A stretch of 64,000 bases of DNA from Nevskiaceae bacterium (GTDB lineage Bacteria; Pseudomonadota; Gammaproteobacteria; Steroidobacterales; Steroidobacteraceae). Where the stretch lies: assembly GCA_024234075.1 (NCBI GenBank), contig JACKOV010000003.1:226673-290672 (forward strand), given 5' to 3'. The position numbers and the translations under genes are program-made. The number at the start of each line of letters is the position of its first letter. Positions within the stretch are counted from its first letter, which is position 1. The notes under the pieces are model-generated. The model was not told where the DNA came from, made no database searches, and saw nothing but the letters and a program-made list of their open reading frames with translations. Below, in pieces: positions 49,885 through 60,322 of the stretch.

Positions 49885-51183
49885 TCAGCGGGGTTCGCGA
49901 CCCTGTTCGCGGGCGATGGCGCGATGGCCGATGTCGCGCCGGAACTGCCGGTCGCGCCAGTGGATGGCATCCACCAGCGCATAGGCCGCTTGCTGGGCCG
50001 CACCGACGCTGTCACCGAGGCCGACGGCGCAGAGCACGCGGCCGCCATGGGTCAGGATCTCGCCTTTCGGTCCGAGCGAGGTGCCGGCATGGAAGACCTT
50101 GCCCGGCAGCGCGGCGGCGCGGTCCAGGCCTTCGATCACGTCGCCCCTGCGGGTGGCGTCGGGATAGCCGCCGGCCGCCATGACGACACCCAGCGCGGCC
50201 CGCGGGTCCCAGTCCATCGACACCTGATCGAGCCGCCGCTCCAGCGCCGCTTCGCAGAGCAGGGTCAGGTCGGAACGCAGGCGGCAGAGGATCGGCTGGG
50301 TTTCGGGATCGCCGAAACGGCAGTTGAACTCCAGTACGTTGGGCGTGCCGTCGGGCGCGATCATGATGCCGGCGTAGAGGAAGCCCGTGTAGGGCATGCC
50401 GTCGGCGGCGAGACCGCGGATGGTCGGCTCGATCACCTCGCGCATGATCCGCGCATGCATCTGCGGCGTGACGACCGGTGCGGGCGAATAGGCGCCCATG
50501 CCGCCGGTGTTCGGGCCGAGATCGCCGTCGTCGCGGCGCTTGTGGTCCTGCGAGGTCGCGAACGGCAGGACGTGCTCGCCATCGGCCATGACGATGAAGC
50601 TCGCTTCCTCGCCCGGCAGGAATTCCTCGATCACGACTTCGGCGCCGGCCCCGCCGAACTGGCCGCCGAACATCGCGCGGGCCGCGGCGATCGCTTCGTC
50701 GGCGGTCGCGGCAATGACGACACCCTTGCCGGCCGCGAGGCCGCTGGCCTTGACCACGATCGGCAGGCGCTGCCGGCGGACGTAGTCGGGATCGAAATTC
50801 TGCTGCGTGAAGGTGGCGTAGCTCGCCGTCGGGATGCCGTGGCGGCGCAGGAATTCCTTGGTGAAGGCTTTCGAGCCTTCGAGTTGTGCCGGCGCGCGAC
50901 GCGGACCGAAGCAACGCAGGCCGGCGGCTTCGAAGGCATCGACGACACCGAGGACCAGCGGCGCCTCGGGCCCGATGATCGTCAGATCGACCTGTTCGGC
51001 CTGTGCCAGCGCGACCAGGCCGGGAACGTCGTCGGCCTGCACCGGGCAGTTGCGCATCCGCGGCTCGGCCGCGGTGCCGGCGTTGCCGGGAGCGACCAGC
51101 ACCTCGGTCACGCGCGACGACTGGGCGCATTTCCAGGCCAGCGCATGTTCGCGGCCACCGCCGCCGACGATCAGCACCTTCAC
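49885..51183 (-). CDS. purD: phosphoribosylamine--glycine ligase
   Basis: [18 protein letters not shown]..., an ATP-grasp core, and length typical of PurD. Confidence 0.95.
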   Translation of the reverse strand: MKVLIVGGGGREHALAWKCAQSSRVTEVLVAPGNAGTAAEPRMRNCPVQADDVPGLVALAQAEQVDLTIIGPEAPLVLGVVDAFEAAGLRCFGPRRAPAQLEGSKAFTKEFLRRHGIPTASYATFTQQNFDPDYVRRQRLPIVVKASGLAAGKGVVIAATADEAIAAARAMFGGQFGGAGAEVVIEEFLPGEEASFIVMADGEHVLPFATSQDHKRRDDGDLGPNTGGMGAYSPAPVVTPQMHARIMREVIEPTIRGLAADGMPYTGFLYAGIMIAPDGTPNVLEFNCRFGDPETQPILCRLRSDLTLLCEAALERRLDQVSMDWDPRAALGVVMAAGGYPDATRRGDVIEGLDRAAALPGKVFHAGTSLGPKGEILTHGGRVLCAVGLGDSVGAAQQAAYALVDAIHWRDRQFRRDIGHRAIAREQGREPR

Positions 51184-51199
51184 GGGCGAGAACCCTCCG

Positions 51200-52780
51200 T
51201 CAGTGGCGGAAGTGGCGCATGCCGGTGAACACCATCGCCATGCCGTGTTCGTCGGCTGCGGCGATCACCTCGGCATCGCGTACGCTGCCGCCGGGCTGGA
51301 TCACTGCGGCGATGCCGTACTCGGCCGCGACATCGACACCGTCGCGGAACGGGAAGAAGGCATCCGAGGCCATCACTGCACCGCTCACGACCAGCTTTTC
51401 GTCGGCGGCCTTCATGGCCGCGACACGACTCGAATAGACGCGGCTCATCTGGCCCGCGCCGACACCGACGGTCGCGCCGTCGCGGCAGTAGACGATGGCG
51501 TTCGATTTGACGTACTTGCAGACCTGCCAGGCGAAGAACAGATCGTCGATCTGCTGCGGCGACGGCCGGCGCTTGGTGACGACCTTGAGGTCGGCCGGAG
51601 TCACCATGCCGAGGTCGCGTGTCTGCGCGAGCAGGCCGCCGGTGACGCTGCGGTAATCGAGGCGCGCACCGGTCGGCGCGCCGAGCTCGCCGAGTTCGAG
51701 TAGGCGCACGTTCGCCTTGGCGGCGAAAGCGGCGCGGGCTTCGGCGCTGATGCGCGGCGCAGCGACCACCTCGACGAACTGCCGGGCTATGATCGCCGCC
51801 GCGGTCGCAGCGTCGAGCTCGCGATTGAAGGCGATGATGCCGCCGAAGGCGGAGGTCGGGTCGGTGCGCCAGGCGCGCTCGTAGGCCTCCAGCGGCGTGG
51901 CGGCGACGGCGACGCCGCAGGGATTGGCGTGCTTGACGATCACGCAGGCCGCGGTGGCGAACTGCCGCACGCATTCAATGGCGGTGTCGGCATCGGCGAT
52001 GTTGTTGAACGACAGCTCCTTGCCCTGGAGCATCGTGCCGGTGGCGATCGAGGCGCCGCGCGCGGCCGGATTGCGGTAGAACCCGGCCTGCTGGTGGGGG
52101 TTCTCGCCGTAGCGCAGGTCCTGCACTTTTTCGAACAGCAATGGCAGGCTCGGCGGGAACACGGCTGCGGCCGCATCGCCCGTTGGCGGTGCCTGGCGGG
52201 CGAGCAGCCAGCTGGAGACCATGGTGTCGTACTGCGCGGTATGCGCAAACGCCTTGGCGGCAAGCGCGGCCCGCAGCGCCGAGGTGATCGCACCGCCGTT
52301 CGCGCCCAGCTCGGCCAGCAGCCGTGGGTAGTCGGCCGGATCGACGACCACCGTGACGGCATCGTGGTTCTTGGCGGCGGCACGCACCATCGCCGGGCCA
52401 CCGATGTCGATGTTCTCGATCGCGTCTTCGTAAGTGCAGCCGGGCTTGGCGACTGTCTGGGCGAACGGGTAGAGGTTCACGACCAACAGGTCGATGCGCG
52501 CGATGCCGTGCTGCGCCATCACCGCCTCGTCGATGCCGCGCCGGCCGAGCAGCCCGCCGTGGATCTTCGGATGCAGGGTCTTGACGCGCCCGTCCATGAT
52601 TTCGGGGAAGCCGGTGTGCTGCGAAACCTCGGTGACGGCCAGCCCCGCCTCGGTCAGCAGCTTGGCCGTGCCGCCGGTGGACAGCAGCTGCACGCCGCGG
52701 CGCGCGAGTTCACGGGCGAAGTCGACGAGGCCCGCCTTGTCGGAGACGGACAGCAGTGCGCGGCGAAGGGTGACAGGCAT
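51200..52780 (-). CDS. purH: bifunctional AICAR transformylase / IMP cyclohydrolase
   Basis: [33 protein letters not shown] (MGS-like) ... C-terminal FTGMRHFRH. Confidence 0.95.
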   Translation of the reverse strand: MPVTLRRALLSVSDKAGLVDFARELARRGVQLLSTGGTAKLLTEAGLAVTEVSQHTGFPEIMDGRVKTLHPKIHGGLLGRRGIDEAVMAQHGIARIDLLVVNLYPFAQTVAKPGCTYEDAIENIDIGGPAMVRAAAKNHDAVTVVVDPADYPRLLAELGANGGAITSALRAALAAKAFAHTAQYDTMVSSWLLARQAPPTGDAAAAVFPPSLPLLFEKVQDLRYGENPHQQAGFYRNPAARGASIATGTMLQGKELSFNNIADADTAIECVRQFATAACVIVKHANPCGVAVAATPLEAYERAWRTDPTSAFGGIIAFNRELDAATAAAIIARQFVEVVAAPRISAEARAAFAAKANVRLLELGELGAPTGARLDYRSVTGGLLAQTRDLGMVTPADLKVVTKRRPSPQQIDDLFFAWQVCKYVKSNAIVYCRDGATVGVGAGQMSRVYSSRVAAMKAADEKLVVSGAVMASDAFFPFRDGVDVAAEYGIAAVIQPGGSVRDAEVIAAADEHGMAMVFTGMRHFRH

Positions 52781-52787
52781 GATGACC

Positions 52788-53222
52788 TCAGGATGCGAGG
52801 CCGAGGTCGCGCAACTTCTTGCGCAGCGTGCCGCGATTGATGCCGAGGATGGTTGCAGCGCGGCTCTGGTTGCCGTCGCAGTGATCGAGCACGGCGCGGA
52901 ACAGCGGCTCTTCGACTTCGCGGATCACCAGATCGTAGAGACGCGCCGGGCGATGGCCATCGAGGTTGGCGAAGTAGTCGCTGAGCGCACGCTGGGCGTG
53001 GTCGCGCAACGGCAGTGGCAGTTGCGCGCTCATGGAGGCTGCCGGCATGGCATCGGCGTGGGTCATCGGGCCGGCCTCGGCGCACGCGAGCGCAGCGGCG
53101 GAGCGGCCCGCGACGTCGCTGCGGGAGCTGGCCGCAAGCGGCATGGCCATGCGCAGTGGCATCGAGCGTCCCATCGCGCTGTCGGTGCGCCGGGTGGTTC
53201 CGTAATTCTTCTTGGCCGGCAT
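52788..53222 (-). CDS. fis: Fis family nucleoid-associated DNA-binding protein (start uncertain, possible N-terminal extension)
   Basis: The C-terminal 85 aa match Fis ([71 protein letters not shown]). It lies downstream of dusB, as in other proteobacteria. Confidence 0.85.
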   Translation of the reverse strand: MPAKKNYGTTRRTDSAMGRSMPLRMAMPLAASSRSDVAGRSAAALACAEAGPMTHADAMPAASMSAQLPLPLRDHAQRALSDYFANLDGHRPARLYDLVIREVEEPLFRAVLDHCDGNQSRAATILGINRGTLRKKLRDLGLAS

Positions 53223-53267
53223 GGCACAGGTCCCCGTCCGTCGGGTCGCTGCGTTCCTGCCGAACAT

Positions 53268-54257
53268 TCAGGCAGCCGCGCCGACCCAACCCTGTAAGAG
53301 TTCTCGCGTGCACGCAAACTGCGCCGACGTGGAATCCGCCGCCATCATCGCGCGCCGCGCGTCGTGCGCGTCGCTGAGCAGCCTGCTGTACCAGCCGAGG
53401 TGTTTGCGTGCAATCCGGAGCCCGGAGTCTTCGCCATGAAAAGCGTAGATGGACTCGAGATGCGCGAGAACTATATCACGCAGCTCGGTCCGCGACAGCG
53501 GTGCCGGCGACCTGCCCTCGGTCAGCGAAGCGTTGACAGTTCGGAAAATCCACGGTGCGCCGTGCGCTGCGCGACCGATCATGGCGGCGTCGGCACGAGT
53601 GAAATCAAGGACCTCGCGCGCCTTTTGCGGCGAGTCCACATCGCCGTTGGCGATCACCGGAATCCGCACGGCGGATTTGACATCGCGGATGGTTTCGTAT
53701 TCGGCCTGGCCGGTGTAGAAATCCATGCGTGTGCGGCCGTGCAGCGTGATTGCCGCGATGCCGCTGGCCTCGGCGATGCGTGCGATCCGCAAGGCGTTTC
53801 TGCTGTCGCGATCCCAGCCCGTGCGTGTTTTCAGCGTGACCGGTACGCCGGCCGGGGCGACCGCTGCGACCACCGCTTCGAGCAGGCGGGCCACCAGTGG
53901 TTCGTCCTGTAGCAACGCCGAGCCGCACAGGCGGTTGCAGACTTTCTTGGCCGGACAGCCCATGTTGATGTCGATGATCTGCGCGCCGAGATCGACGTTG
54001 CGGCGTGCGGCGTCGGCCAGCGCGTCCGGCTCGGCGCCCGCGAGCTGCACCACGCGGGGCTCGGGTTCTCCGTCGTGATTCATTCGCTGACGCGACTTGC
54101 GCGAGTTCCACAGTCGTTGATCCGAAGTGATCATTTCGGAAGCCGCGAGCCCGGCACCGAAACGGCGCGCCAGCATGCGGAACGGGCGGTCGGTGACGCC
54201 GGCCATGGGTGCGAGCACGGCCGGTTCGTGGACTTCCCATCGACCAATCCGAAACAT
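53268..54257 (-). CDS. dusB: tRNA dihydrouridine synthase B
   Basis: LAPMAGVTDRPFR...IDINMGCPAKKV...TLHGRTR... are TIM-barrel Dus motifs. Confidence 0.93.
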   Translation of the reverse strand: MFRIGRWEVHEPAVLAPMAGVTDRPFRMLARRFGAGLAASEMITSDQRLWNSRKSRQRMNHDGEPEPRVVQLAGAEPDALADAARRNVDLGAQIIDINMGCPAKKVCNRLCGSALLQDEPLVARLLEAVVAAVAPAGVPVTLKTRTGWDRDSRNALRIARIAEASGIAAITLHGRTRMDFYTGQAEYETIRDVKSAVRIPVIANGDVDSPQKAREVLDFTRADAAMIGRAAHGAPWIFRTVNASLTEGRSPAPLSRTELRDIVLAHLESIYAFHGEDSGLRIARKHLGWYSRLLSDAHDARRAMMAADSTSAQFACTRELLQGWVGAAA

Positions 54258-54296
54258 GTGCCAGGGCCCGGGTGTGTGGTGTCTTGCGGCGGCGCG

Positions 54297-56051
54297 CTAG
54301 CCGATCGCGCCGGCGCGGTCGTTGGCGCAGGTGACGGACGAGTCGCTGCGGCGCAGGCAGACATCGAGTTCGAAGCCGACGGCTTCACCGCCCGGATCGA
54401 GCAACGAAACCTCGGCGTCGATCCGCTGGCCAGGCGCGAGCATCGGCACCGGTGCGATCGCCGCCGCGCCGGCGTATTCGCGCGGCGTCAGATCGCGGGT
54501 CGCGAGCCGGTTGCCGAAGCGATCCTGCAGCGTCACGCGCAGCAGCGGCGCCGGCTGGGCGCGCGCTGCGGCATTGCGGATGCTGGCACGCACGGTCAGG
54601 GTGCCGGCTGCAGACGGCTCGGCGACCACGCCCTGCTGGCGCAGCTCGTAGCGCGCGAGTTCCCAGCGAGACTGCAGCGGCCGCCCGAGTGCCGCATACA
54701 GCTGGGTCAGCGGCGCCTGCAACGACGGCACGCTGGCGAGTTCCTCTCGATAGAGATGCGCGAGCTGTAGCGCAAGCGCCAGTCCCAGCAGCACGGTCGC
54801 GATCCACATCCAGCGCGGTGCCTGTGCCGCGCGGGCGGCACCGCCTGCAGCGAGATCGGCGACCACGGCGTCGCTGGCATTCACGGCGTCGGTGTCGGCG
54901 ACGTCGTCGATGGGGACGCGCGATGCGACCACGGGGGGCGGTGATTCGAGCTGCGGTGTCGCCGCGGCAGGCGCAGCGACGGGGCGGCCAGGTAACGGGA
55001 TGGAGGATGGCGGCGCCGGTTCCAGTTCGAGCCAGCGCAGCGTGGAGCCGCTGCCCTGCGCCGCGGTGCGGTGCTCCACGGTCGCCTGCCGGGCTGCAGC
55101 GATGCCCGGATCGTCGTCGGTGATCTTGGCCGCAGGTCGTGGCAGTGGCGACGGTGACTCGCTCGGCAGTACCGTGATTTCGGACGCGTCGTCGACGGCG
55201 ATCCGGATCGAAGCCAGCTCGGGCGGCTCGTCGCGCTGGGCGCGGACGACCAGCGCCGCCAGCTCCGCGGCCATCATGGTGTCGATCTGCCAGTCGCCAC
55301 CTGCACCGCCCAGGGTGACGGCCTGCTGTGGCGCGGCGGGTCGCTGCAGGCTGTCGGTCGTCGGCTCGCGGGCCGGGGGCCGTGGTGGGGAGAGCTCGGC
55401 GGATGCCGCGATGCCGGTGACGGCGTCGGACGCCGGCCGGGGTCGAGCTGCGGGGACGGGTGCAAGGGCGGGTGCGAGGATGGGTGTGGACGCCGGTGCC
55501 GATGCCGACATGGGCGCCGGGCGATCCGGCGCCACGCCCGAGCCCGGTTCGCGCCGGAAGGTATCGGTGATTTCTGCCGGCGATTGGACGGCCGCTGCGC
55601 TTCCGGAGGTGGCTGCGTCGCGGTCTTCGGCTTCGTCCTCGATGTCGTCCGGCCAGTCGTCGGCGCCGTGGGTATCGTCGAACCGCGGCTCGTCGTCGCG
55701 TGGCGGGCTGCGGAACAAGCTGCTGCCGGTGTGTAAAGTCTTGACGTCGGCCGGTAGTGCCGTCGGGCCGGGCGATGCAGGGGTATCGGTATCGGGCAAG
55801 TCGCCCGGGTCCGGGTCGGCCGCCATGGAGGCCGGATCCTGGGCGGCCGACTCGTCGTCCGACTCCTCTGCCGTCGGCGGAAGCGAAGTGGGGTGCAGCG
55901 TCGTGGTGTGCTGACCACCGGGTTCGAACAGCGAAGCCAGTGCATTGAACACTGCTGCGCAACGTCCGCAACGTACCTGGCCTTGTGCGATACGCAGGTT
56001 CGCAGCGGTCACGGTCAGCGGCAGCTGGCATTGTGGGCAGATGGTGATCAC
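54297..56051 (-). CDS. MJ0042-type zinc-ribbon + DUF3426 domain protein
   Basis: ITICPQCQLPLTV...VRCGRCAAVFNA zinc ribbon. A long acidic/Pro/Ala-rich linker, one TM (WMWIATVLLGLALALQLAHL) and a DUF3426-like C-terminal beta domain. GTG 56051 overlaps the prmA stop (GTGA). The alternative start ATG 56084 would overlap prmA by 37 nt. Confidence 0.75.
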   Translation of the reverse strand: MITICPQCQLPLTVTAANLRIAQGQVRCGRCAAVFNALASLFEPGGQHTTTLHPTSLPPTAEESDDESAAQDPASMAADPDPGDLPDTDTPASPGPTALPADVKTLHTGSSLFRSPPRDDEPRFDDTHGADDWPDDIEDEAEDRDAATSGSAAAVQSPAEITDTFRREPGSGVAPDRPAPMSASAPASTPILAPALAPVPAARPRPASDAVTGIAASAELSPPRPPAREPTTDSLQRPAAPQQAVTLGGAGGDWQIDTMMAAELAALVVRAQRDEPPELASIRIAVDDASEITVLPSESPSPLPRPAAKITDDDPGIAAARQATVEHRTAAQGSGSTLRWLELEPAPPSSIPLPGRPVAAPAAATPQLESPPPVVASRVPIDDVADTDAVNASDAVVADLAAGGAARAAQAPRWMWIATVLLGLALALQLAHLYREELASVPSLQAPLTQLYAALGRPLQSRWELARYELRQQGVVAEPSAAGTLTVRASIRNAAARAQPAPLLRVTLQDRFGNRLATRDLTPREYAGAAAIAPVPMLAPGQRIDAEVSLLDPGGEAVGFELDVCLRRSDSSVTCANDRAGAIG

Positions 56052-57001
56052 GGTGGGTTGTCTGCCGGCTTCCGGCCCGGCCATTCTGAACCGACCGTGG
56101 ACGCACAGCGACCATCCTGCGCGACTCGACGACCGGCGAGACAGGTCCAGCCGTCGAGTGTGCGCCAGGCCGTGAGTGCCAGCCACGGCGCATAGGCGCC
56201 GATCACCTCGTCGGCCTGTTCGTCGAGCAGGCCTGCCAGTACCAGGGCACCGTCCGGCGCGAGCAAGCCGGTGAGCTGCGGGGCGAGTTCGATCAGCGGC
56301 CCGGAGAGAATGTTGGCGAGCACCACCCTGGCGGTGCCGGTCGGCAAGGTCGCCGCAGCCGTGTGCACCTGGATGCGGTCTGCCACGGCGTTGGCGGCGG
56401 CATTCTCCTGGGTCGCGAGCAAGGCCTGCGGATCGATATCGTGCGCATCGACCCGTGCAGCGTCGAGTCGCGCCGCGGCCACAGCCAATACGCCGGAGCC
56501 GCAGCCGAAGTCGATCACCGCCGCAGCGGGCCGGAGGTTCGCGTCCAGCCACTCGAGGCACAGCCGCGTCGTGGGATGCGTGCCGGTGCCGAACGCCAGC
56601 CCGGGATCGAGTCGCACGACGACTGCGTCGGTCTCGGTCACGCTGGCATGGGATGGGCAGATCCACAGCCGCGTGCCGAAGCGCATCGGCCGGAAATCCT
56701 CGAGCCAGGCGCGTTCCCAGGCGCGCTCCTCGATGCTTGCACGGGTGAAGCGGGCGGCGCCGATGCCCAGCGCCTCGGCGAGCCGGGCGGTCAGTGCGTC
56801 GCCGGCGGTGGTTGCGTCGTCGAAGATGGCCTGCAGGCGGGTCGCGGGCCAGAGGCGGAACTCGCCCGGTGCCGGTTCGAGGATCGGATCGTCGCGCTGG
56901 TCGGTGAAGCTCAGCGAGACCGCGCCGGCTTCGAAGCAGGCGGTTTCGGCGATGTCCGGATCGAGTCCGTCGAGCTCGAACGTGAGGCTGTACAGGGCCA
57001 T
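56048..57001 (-). CDS. prmA: ribosomal protein L11 methyltransferase
   Basis: IDPGLAFGTGTHPTTRLCLEWL...VIDFGCGSGVLAVAA...NILSGPL are the PrmA SAM-MTase motifs. Confidence 0.92.
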   Translation of the reverse strand: MALYSLTFELDGLDPDIAETACFEAGAVSLSFTDQRDDPILEPAPGEFRLWPATRLQAIFDDATTAGDALTARLAEALGIGAARFTRASIEERAWERAWLEDFRPMRFGTRLWICPSHASVTETDAVVVRLDPGLAFGTGTHPTTRLCLEWLDANLRPAAAVIDFGCGSGVLAVAAARLDAARVDAHDIDPQALLATQENAAANAVADRIQVHTAAATLPTGTARVVLANILSGPLIELAPQLTGLLAPDGALVLAGLLDEQADEVIGAYAPWLALTAWRTLDGWTCLAGRRVAQDGRCASTVGSEWPGRKPADNPP

Positions 57002-57109
57002 GCGCGGCAGATTAGCGCAGTGCGTCGCGTCTGGAGCGATCGCCGCGATGTTTGCGGGCCGATGGCGACGCCGGGGTCGCCCGCCGGCGACGCGACCGTG
57101 CGCAGACCC

Positions 57110-58453
57110 TCACTTCAGGCCGAGTCGACGCTCCAGGTAGTGGATGTCGAGGCCGCCCTGGCGGAATGCCGCGTGGTTGAAGATCTCCTGATGCAGCGCC
57201 GTGTTGGTGCGAATGCCTTCGACGACCATTTCGGCGAGCGCGTTTTTCATCCGTGCGATCGCCGTGTCGCGGGTATCGCCATGCGCGATCAGCTTGCAGA
57301 TCAGCGAATCGTAGTTCGGCGGCACGTTGTAGCCGGAATAGATATGGCTGTCGACCCGGATGCCCGGGCCGCCGGGTGCGTGGAACAGTTTGATCGGTCC
57401 GGGCGAGGGCATGAAGGTCTTGGCGTCCTCGGCATTGATCCGGCATTCCATGGCGTGGCCACGGATCTCGATGTCCTTTTGCACGTAGGGCAGCTTCTCG
57501 CCGGAGGCGATCAGCAGCTGCGCTTTCACCAGGTCGACGCCGGTGACCAGCTCGGTGACCGGGTGCTCGACCTGGATGCGCGTGTTCATTTCGATGAAGT
57601 AGAACTCGCCGTCCTGGTAGAGAAACTCCAGCGTGCCGGCGCTGCGGTAGCCGACCGCGCGACAGGCTTCGACGACGCGCTCGCCCATGGTTTCGCGCTG
57701 CTGCGCGCTGATGCCGGGCGCCGGCGCTTCCTCGATCACCTTCTGGTGGCGACGCTGCATCGAGCAGTCGCGTTCGCCCAGGTGGATCACGTTGCCGTAG
57801 TTGTCGGCGAGCACCTGGAATTCGATGTGCCGCGGCCGCTCCAGGAACTTCTCCATGTAGACCTGGTCGTTGCCGAAGGCCGCGAGTGCCTCGGCCTTGG
57901 TCACATTGATCGCATTCAGCAGCGCCGCGGCGTTGTGCACCACGCGCATGCCGCGGCCGCCACCACCGCCCGAAGCCTTGATGATCACCGGGTAGCCGAT
58001 GTCCTTGGCGATCCGCAGGTTCTCGTCACCGTCATCGCCGAGCGGTCCGCCCGAGCCCGGCACGCAGGGCACGCCGTGCGCCTTCATGATCCGGATGGCC
58101 GACACTTTGTCGCCCATCGCGCGGATCACGTCGGCTTTCGGTCCGATGAACACGAAGCCGCTTTTCTCGACGCGTTCGGCGAAGTCGGCGTTCTCCGAGA
58201 GAAAGCCGTAACCGGGATGGATCGCGACCGAGTCGGTGACCTCGGCGGCGCTGATGATCGCCGGCATGTTGAGGTAGCTTTTCGGCGACGGTGCGGGCCC
58301 GATGCATACCGATTCGTCGGCGAGCAGCACGTGCTTCAGACTGTAGTCGGCCGTGGAATGCACGGCAACGGTCTTGATGCCGAGTTCACGGCAGGCGCGC
58401 AGGATGCGCAGCGCGATTTCGCCGCGGTTGGCGATGACGATCTTATCGAGCAT
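57110..58453 (-). CDS. accC: acetyl-CoA carboxylase biotin carboxylase subunit
   Basis: [33 protein letters not shown]..., an ATP-grasp core, 447 aa. Confidence 0.96.
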   Translation of the reverse strand: MLDKIVIANRGEIALRILRACRELGIKTVAVHSTADYSLKHVLLADESVCIGPAPSPKSYLNMPAIISAAEVTDSVAIHPGYGFLSENADFAERVEKSGFVFIGPKADVIRAMGDKVSAIRIMKAHGVPCVPGSGGPLGDDGDENLRIAKDIGYPVIIKASGGGGGRGMRVVHNAAALLNAINVTKAEALAAFGNDQVYMEKFLERPRHIEFQVLADNYGNVIHLGERDCSMQRRHQKVIEEAPAPGISAQQRETMGERVVEACRAVGYRSAGTLEFLYQDGEFYFIEMNTRIQVEHPVTELVTGVDLVKAQLLIASGEKLPYVQKDIEIRGHAMECRINAEDAKTFMPSPGPIKLFHAPGGPGIRVDSHIYSGYNVPPNYDSLICKLIAHGDTRDTAIARMKNALAEMVVEGIRTNTALHQEIFNHAAFRQGGLDIHYLERRLGLK

Positions 58454-58465
58454 GGCGCGAATTGC

Positions 58466-58924
58466 TTACTCGATCACGAACAGCGGCTGGCCGAACTCCA
58501 CCGGATCACCGTTCTGCACCATGATCGCGGTGATCTTGCCGGACTTGTCGCTTTCGATCTGGTTCATCATCTTCATCGCCTCGATGATGCACAGCACCTG
58601 GCCCACCTTCACCTCGTCGCCGATCTCGACATAGGCTTTGGCGCCCGGCGACGGTGCGGCGTAGTAGGTGCCGACCATCGGTGCGGGCACGACGTGATCG
58701 GAGGACTTCGGCCCAGGGGCGGCGGCCGTGGCAGCGGTCGCTGCCGTCGGTGCAGCCGGCGCCGCGGCCAGCGCCGCCGGCGCATACATCGGCATCTGCG
58801 TCATGGCGCCGCCGCTCGGCATCCGGCTGATTCGTACGGATTCCTCGCCTTCCTTGATCTCGATCTCGGCGATGCCCGATTCCTCGAGCAGCTCGATCAG
58901 TTTCTTGACCTTGCGGATATCCAT
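58466..58924 (-). CDS. accB: acetyl-CoA carboxylase biotin carboxyl carrier protein
   Basis: Biotinylation motif [10 protein letters not shown] and an Ala/Pro linker. 152 aa. Confidence 0.95.
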   Translation of the reverse strand: MDIRKVKKLIELLEESGIAEIEIKEGEESVRISRMPSGGAMTQMPMYAPAALAAAPAAPTAATAATAAAPGPKSSDHVVPAPMVGTYYAAPSPGAKAYVEIGDEVKVGQVLCIIEAMKMMNQIESDKSGKITAIMVQNGDPVEFGQPLFVIE

Positions 58925-58975
58925 GTCTCCCCCGGGTTCTTGTCTGATGTAATACGGGTGTGCCGCGACGCTGCG

Positions 58976-59446
58976 TCAGCGACCGCGGGTCGCGGCCGGA
59001 CCGGCAGTGCTGGCCAGGCGTGCGACGGCGGCGCGCACCGCCAGTTCGTAGCCGATCGGCCCGAGGCCGACGATGCAACCGACCGCGAGGTCCGACAGAT
59101 AGGAGCGCTGCCGGAACGGTTCGCGGGCGAAAGTGTTCGAGAGATGCAGCTCGATGAACGGCAGCTGGACGGCGGCGAACGCGTCGCGCAGGGCAACGCT
59201 GGTGTGGGTCAGGCCGCCCGGATTGATGATCGCGAAACGGATGCCGGCGGCCGGTGCCTGCTGTATGCGGTCGATCAGCGCGTGCTCGCCATTCGACTGG
59301 AAGGCCAGCAGCTCGTGGCCGAGCTCGGCGGCCACGCGGCCGGCGCGGGCGACCAGCTCGTCCAGGGTCTCCCGACCGTAGATCTCGGGCTCCCGCGTAC
59401 CGAGCAGGTTCAGGTTCGGCCCGTTTAACAGAAGCAACTGTGCCAT
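58976..59446 (-). CDS. aroQ: type II 3-dehydroquinate dehydratase
   Basis: [21 protein letters not shown] ... [16 protein letters not shown] ... ELHLSN. Confidence 0.95.
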   Translation of the reverse strand: MAQLLLLNGPNLNLLGTREPEIYGRETLDELVARAGRVAAELGHELLAFQSNGEHALIDRIQQAPAAGIRFAIINPGGLTHTSVALRDAFAAVQLPFIELHLSNTFAREPFRQRSYLSDLAVGCIVGLGPIGYELAVRAAVARLASTAGPAATRGR

Positions 59447-59569
59447 TGGGGGCGGAATTTACCGGATTCGGGCCCGAAGTGCGAATTTCCCGCCACGATG
59501 GGCGCAGGATCGGACCATCATCGTGCGTCGTCCGAGCGAACAGGAAGCTCGCGATGTCGCTCAGGAAGC

Positions 59570-60322
59570 CTACGTTTGCGAACCCAGCAGTCGGCCGTCG
59601 TCGCCGGATGCGGCCTCGGGCAGGCCGGCACGCCGGGCGGCCAGGATCCGCAACTGCAGCGCAATCGCGCGACGCGTGCTCTCGATTTCGGCTTCGCCGG
59701 CATTCAGGCGCGCCACCTGATCGAGGATGAACGCGGCCTCGTCGGCATGCAGTTCGCCGACCTTCATCGCGACGATGCGGCGCTGGGCATCGGCGAAGGC
59801 GGTGAACGGAAAGCCGAGCCCCATGCCGAAAGCCTGGGCCGCCTGCAGGCCATCCTGCTCGCCGATCAGCAGGGGATAGTCGATGCCGATCTCGCGGGCA
59901 TAGCGCAGCACCTCGTCGCGGAAGTCGACCGCGATGCCCACGATCTCCACGCCCTGTGCCGCCCGTTCGGCGCGCAGCTGCTTCAGCAACGGGATCTCGC
60001 GGCGGCAGGGTGCGCACCAGGTCGCCCAGAAATTCACGACCAGGGAGGGCTGGCGAAACTCCGCGAGGCTGCGTGGCGGGCCTTCGAGCGAGGCCAGCAC
60101 GACCTCGGGCAGCGTCTCGGGTATCGGCGCCGTCGGTGGCGCCGAGAGCACCGCCGGATCGTCACCGCCACCTGACATTCCGGCTGGTCCGGGATGTACT
60201 ACCGTATCCAGCGGCATGCGCGCCATGCGGTTGGGACCCAGCACCGCCCAGGCGAGCAGCCCCCCCAGCACGGCGATCGATGCCAGGAGCAGCGCGCGGG
60301 GGCCGCGCCGAGCCGCGGTCAT
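59570..60322 (-). CDS. TlpA/ResA-family periplasmic thiol:disulfide oxidoreductase
   Basis: N-terminal TM anchor and the thioredoxin motif NFWATWCAPCRREIP. The ATG overlaps the dsbD stop (ATGA). A helical tail of about 50 aa follows the Trx fold. Confidence 0.85.
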   Translation of the reverse strand: MTAARRGPRALLLASIAVLGGLLAWAVLGPNRMARMPLDTVVHPGPAGMSGGGDDPAVLSAPPTAPIPETLPEVVLASLEGPPRSLAEFRQPSLVVNFWATWCAPCRREIPLLKQLRAERAAQGVEIVGIAVDFRDEVLRYAREIGIDYPLLIGEQDGLQAAQAFGMGLGFPFTAFADAQRRIVAMKVGELHADEAAFILDQVARLNAGEAEIESTRRAIALQLRILAARRAGLPEAASGDDGRLLGSQT

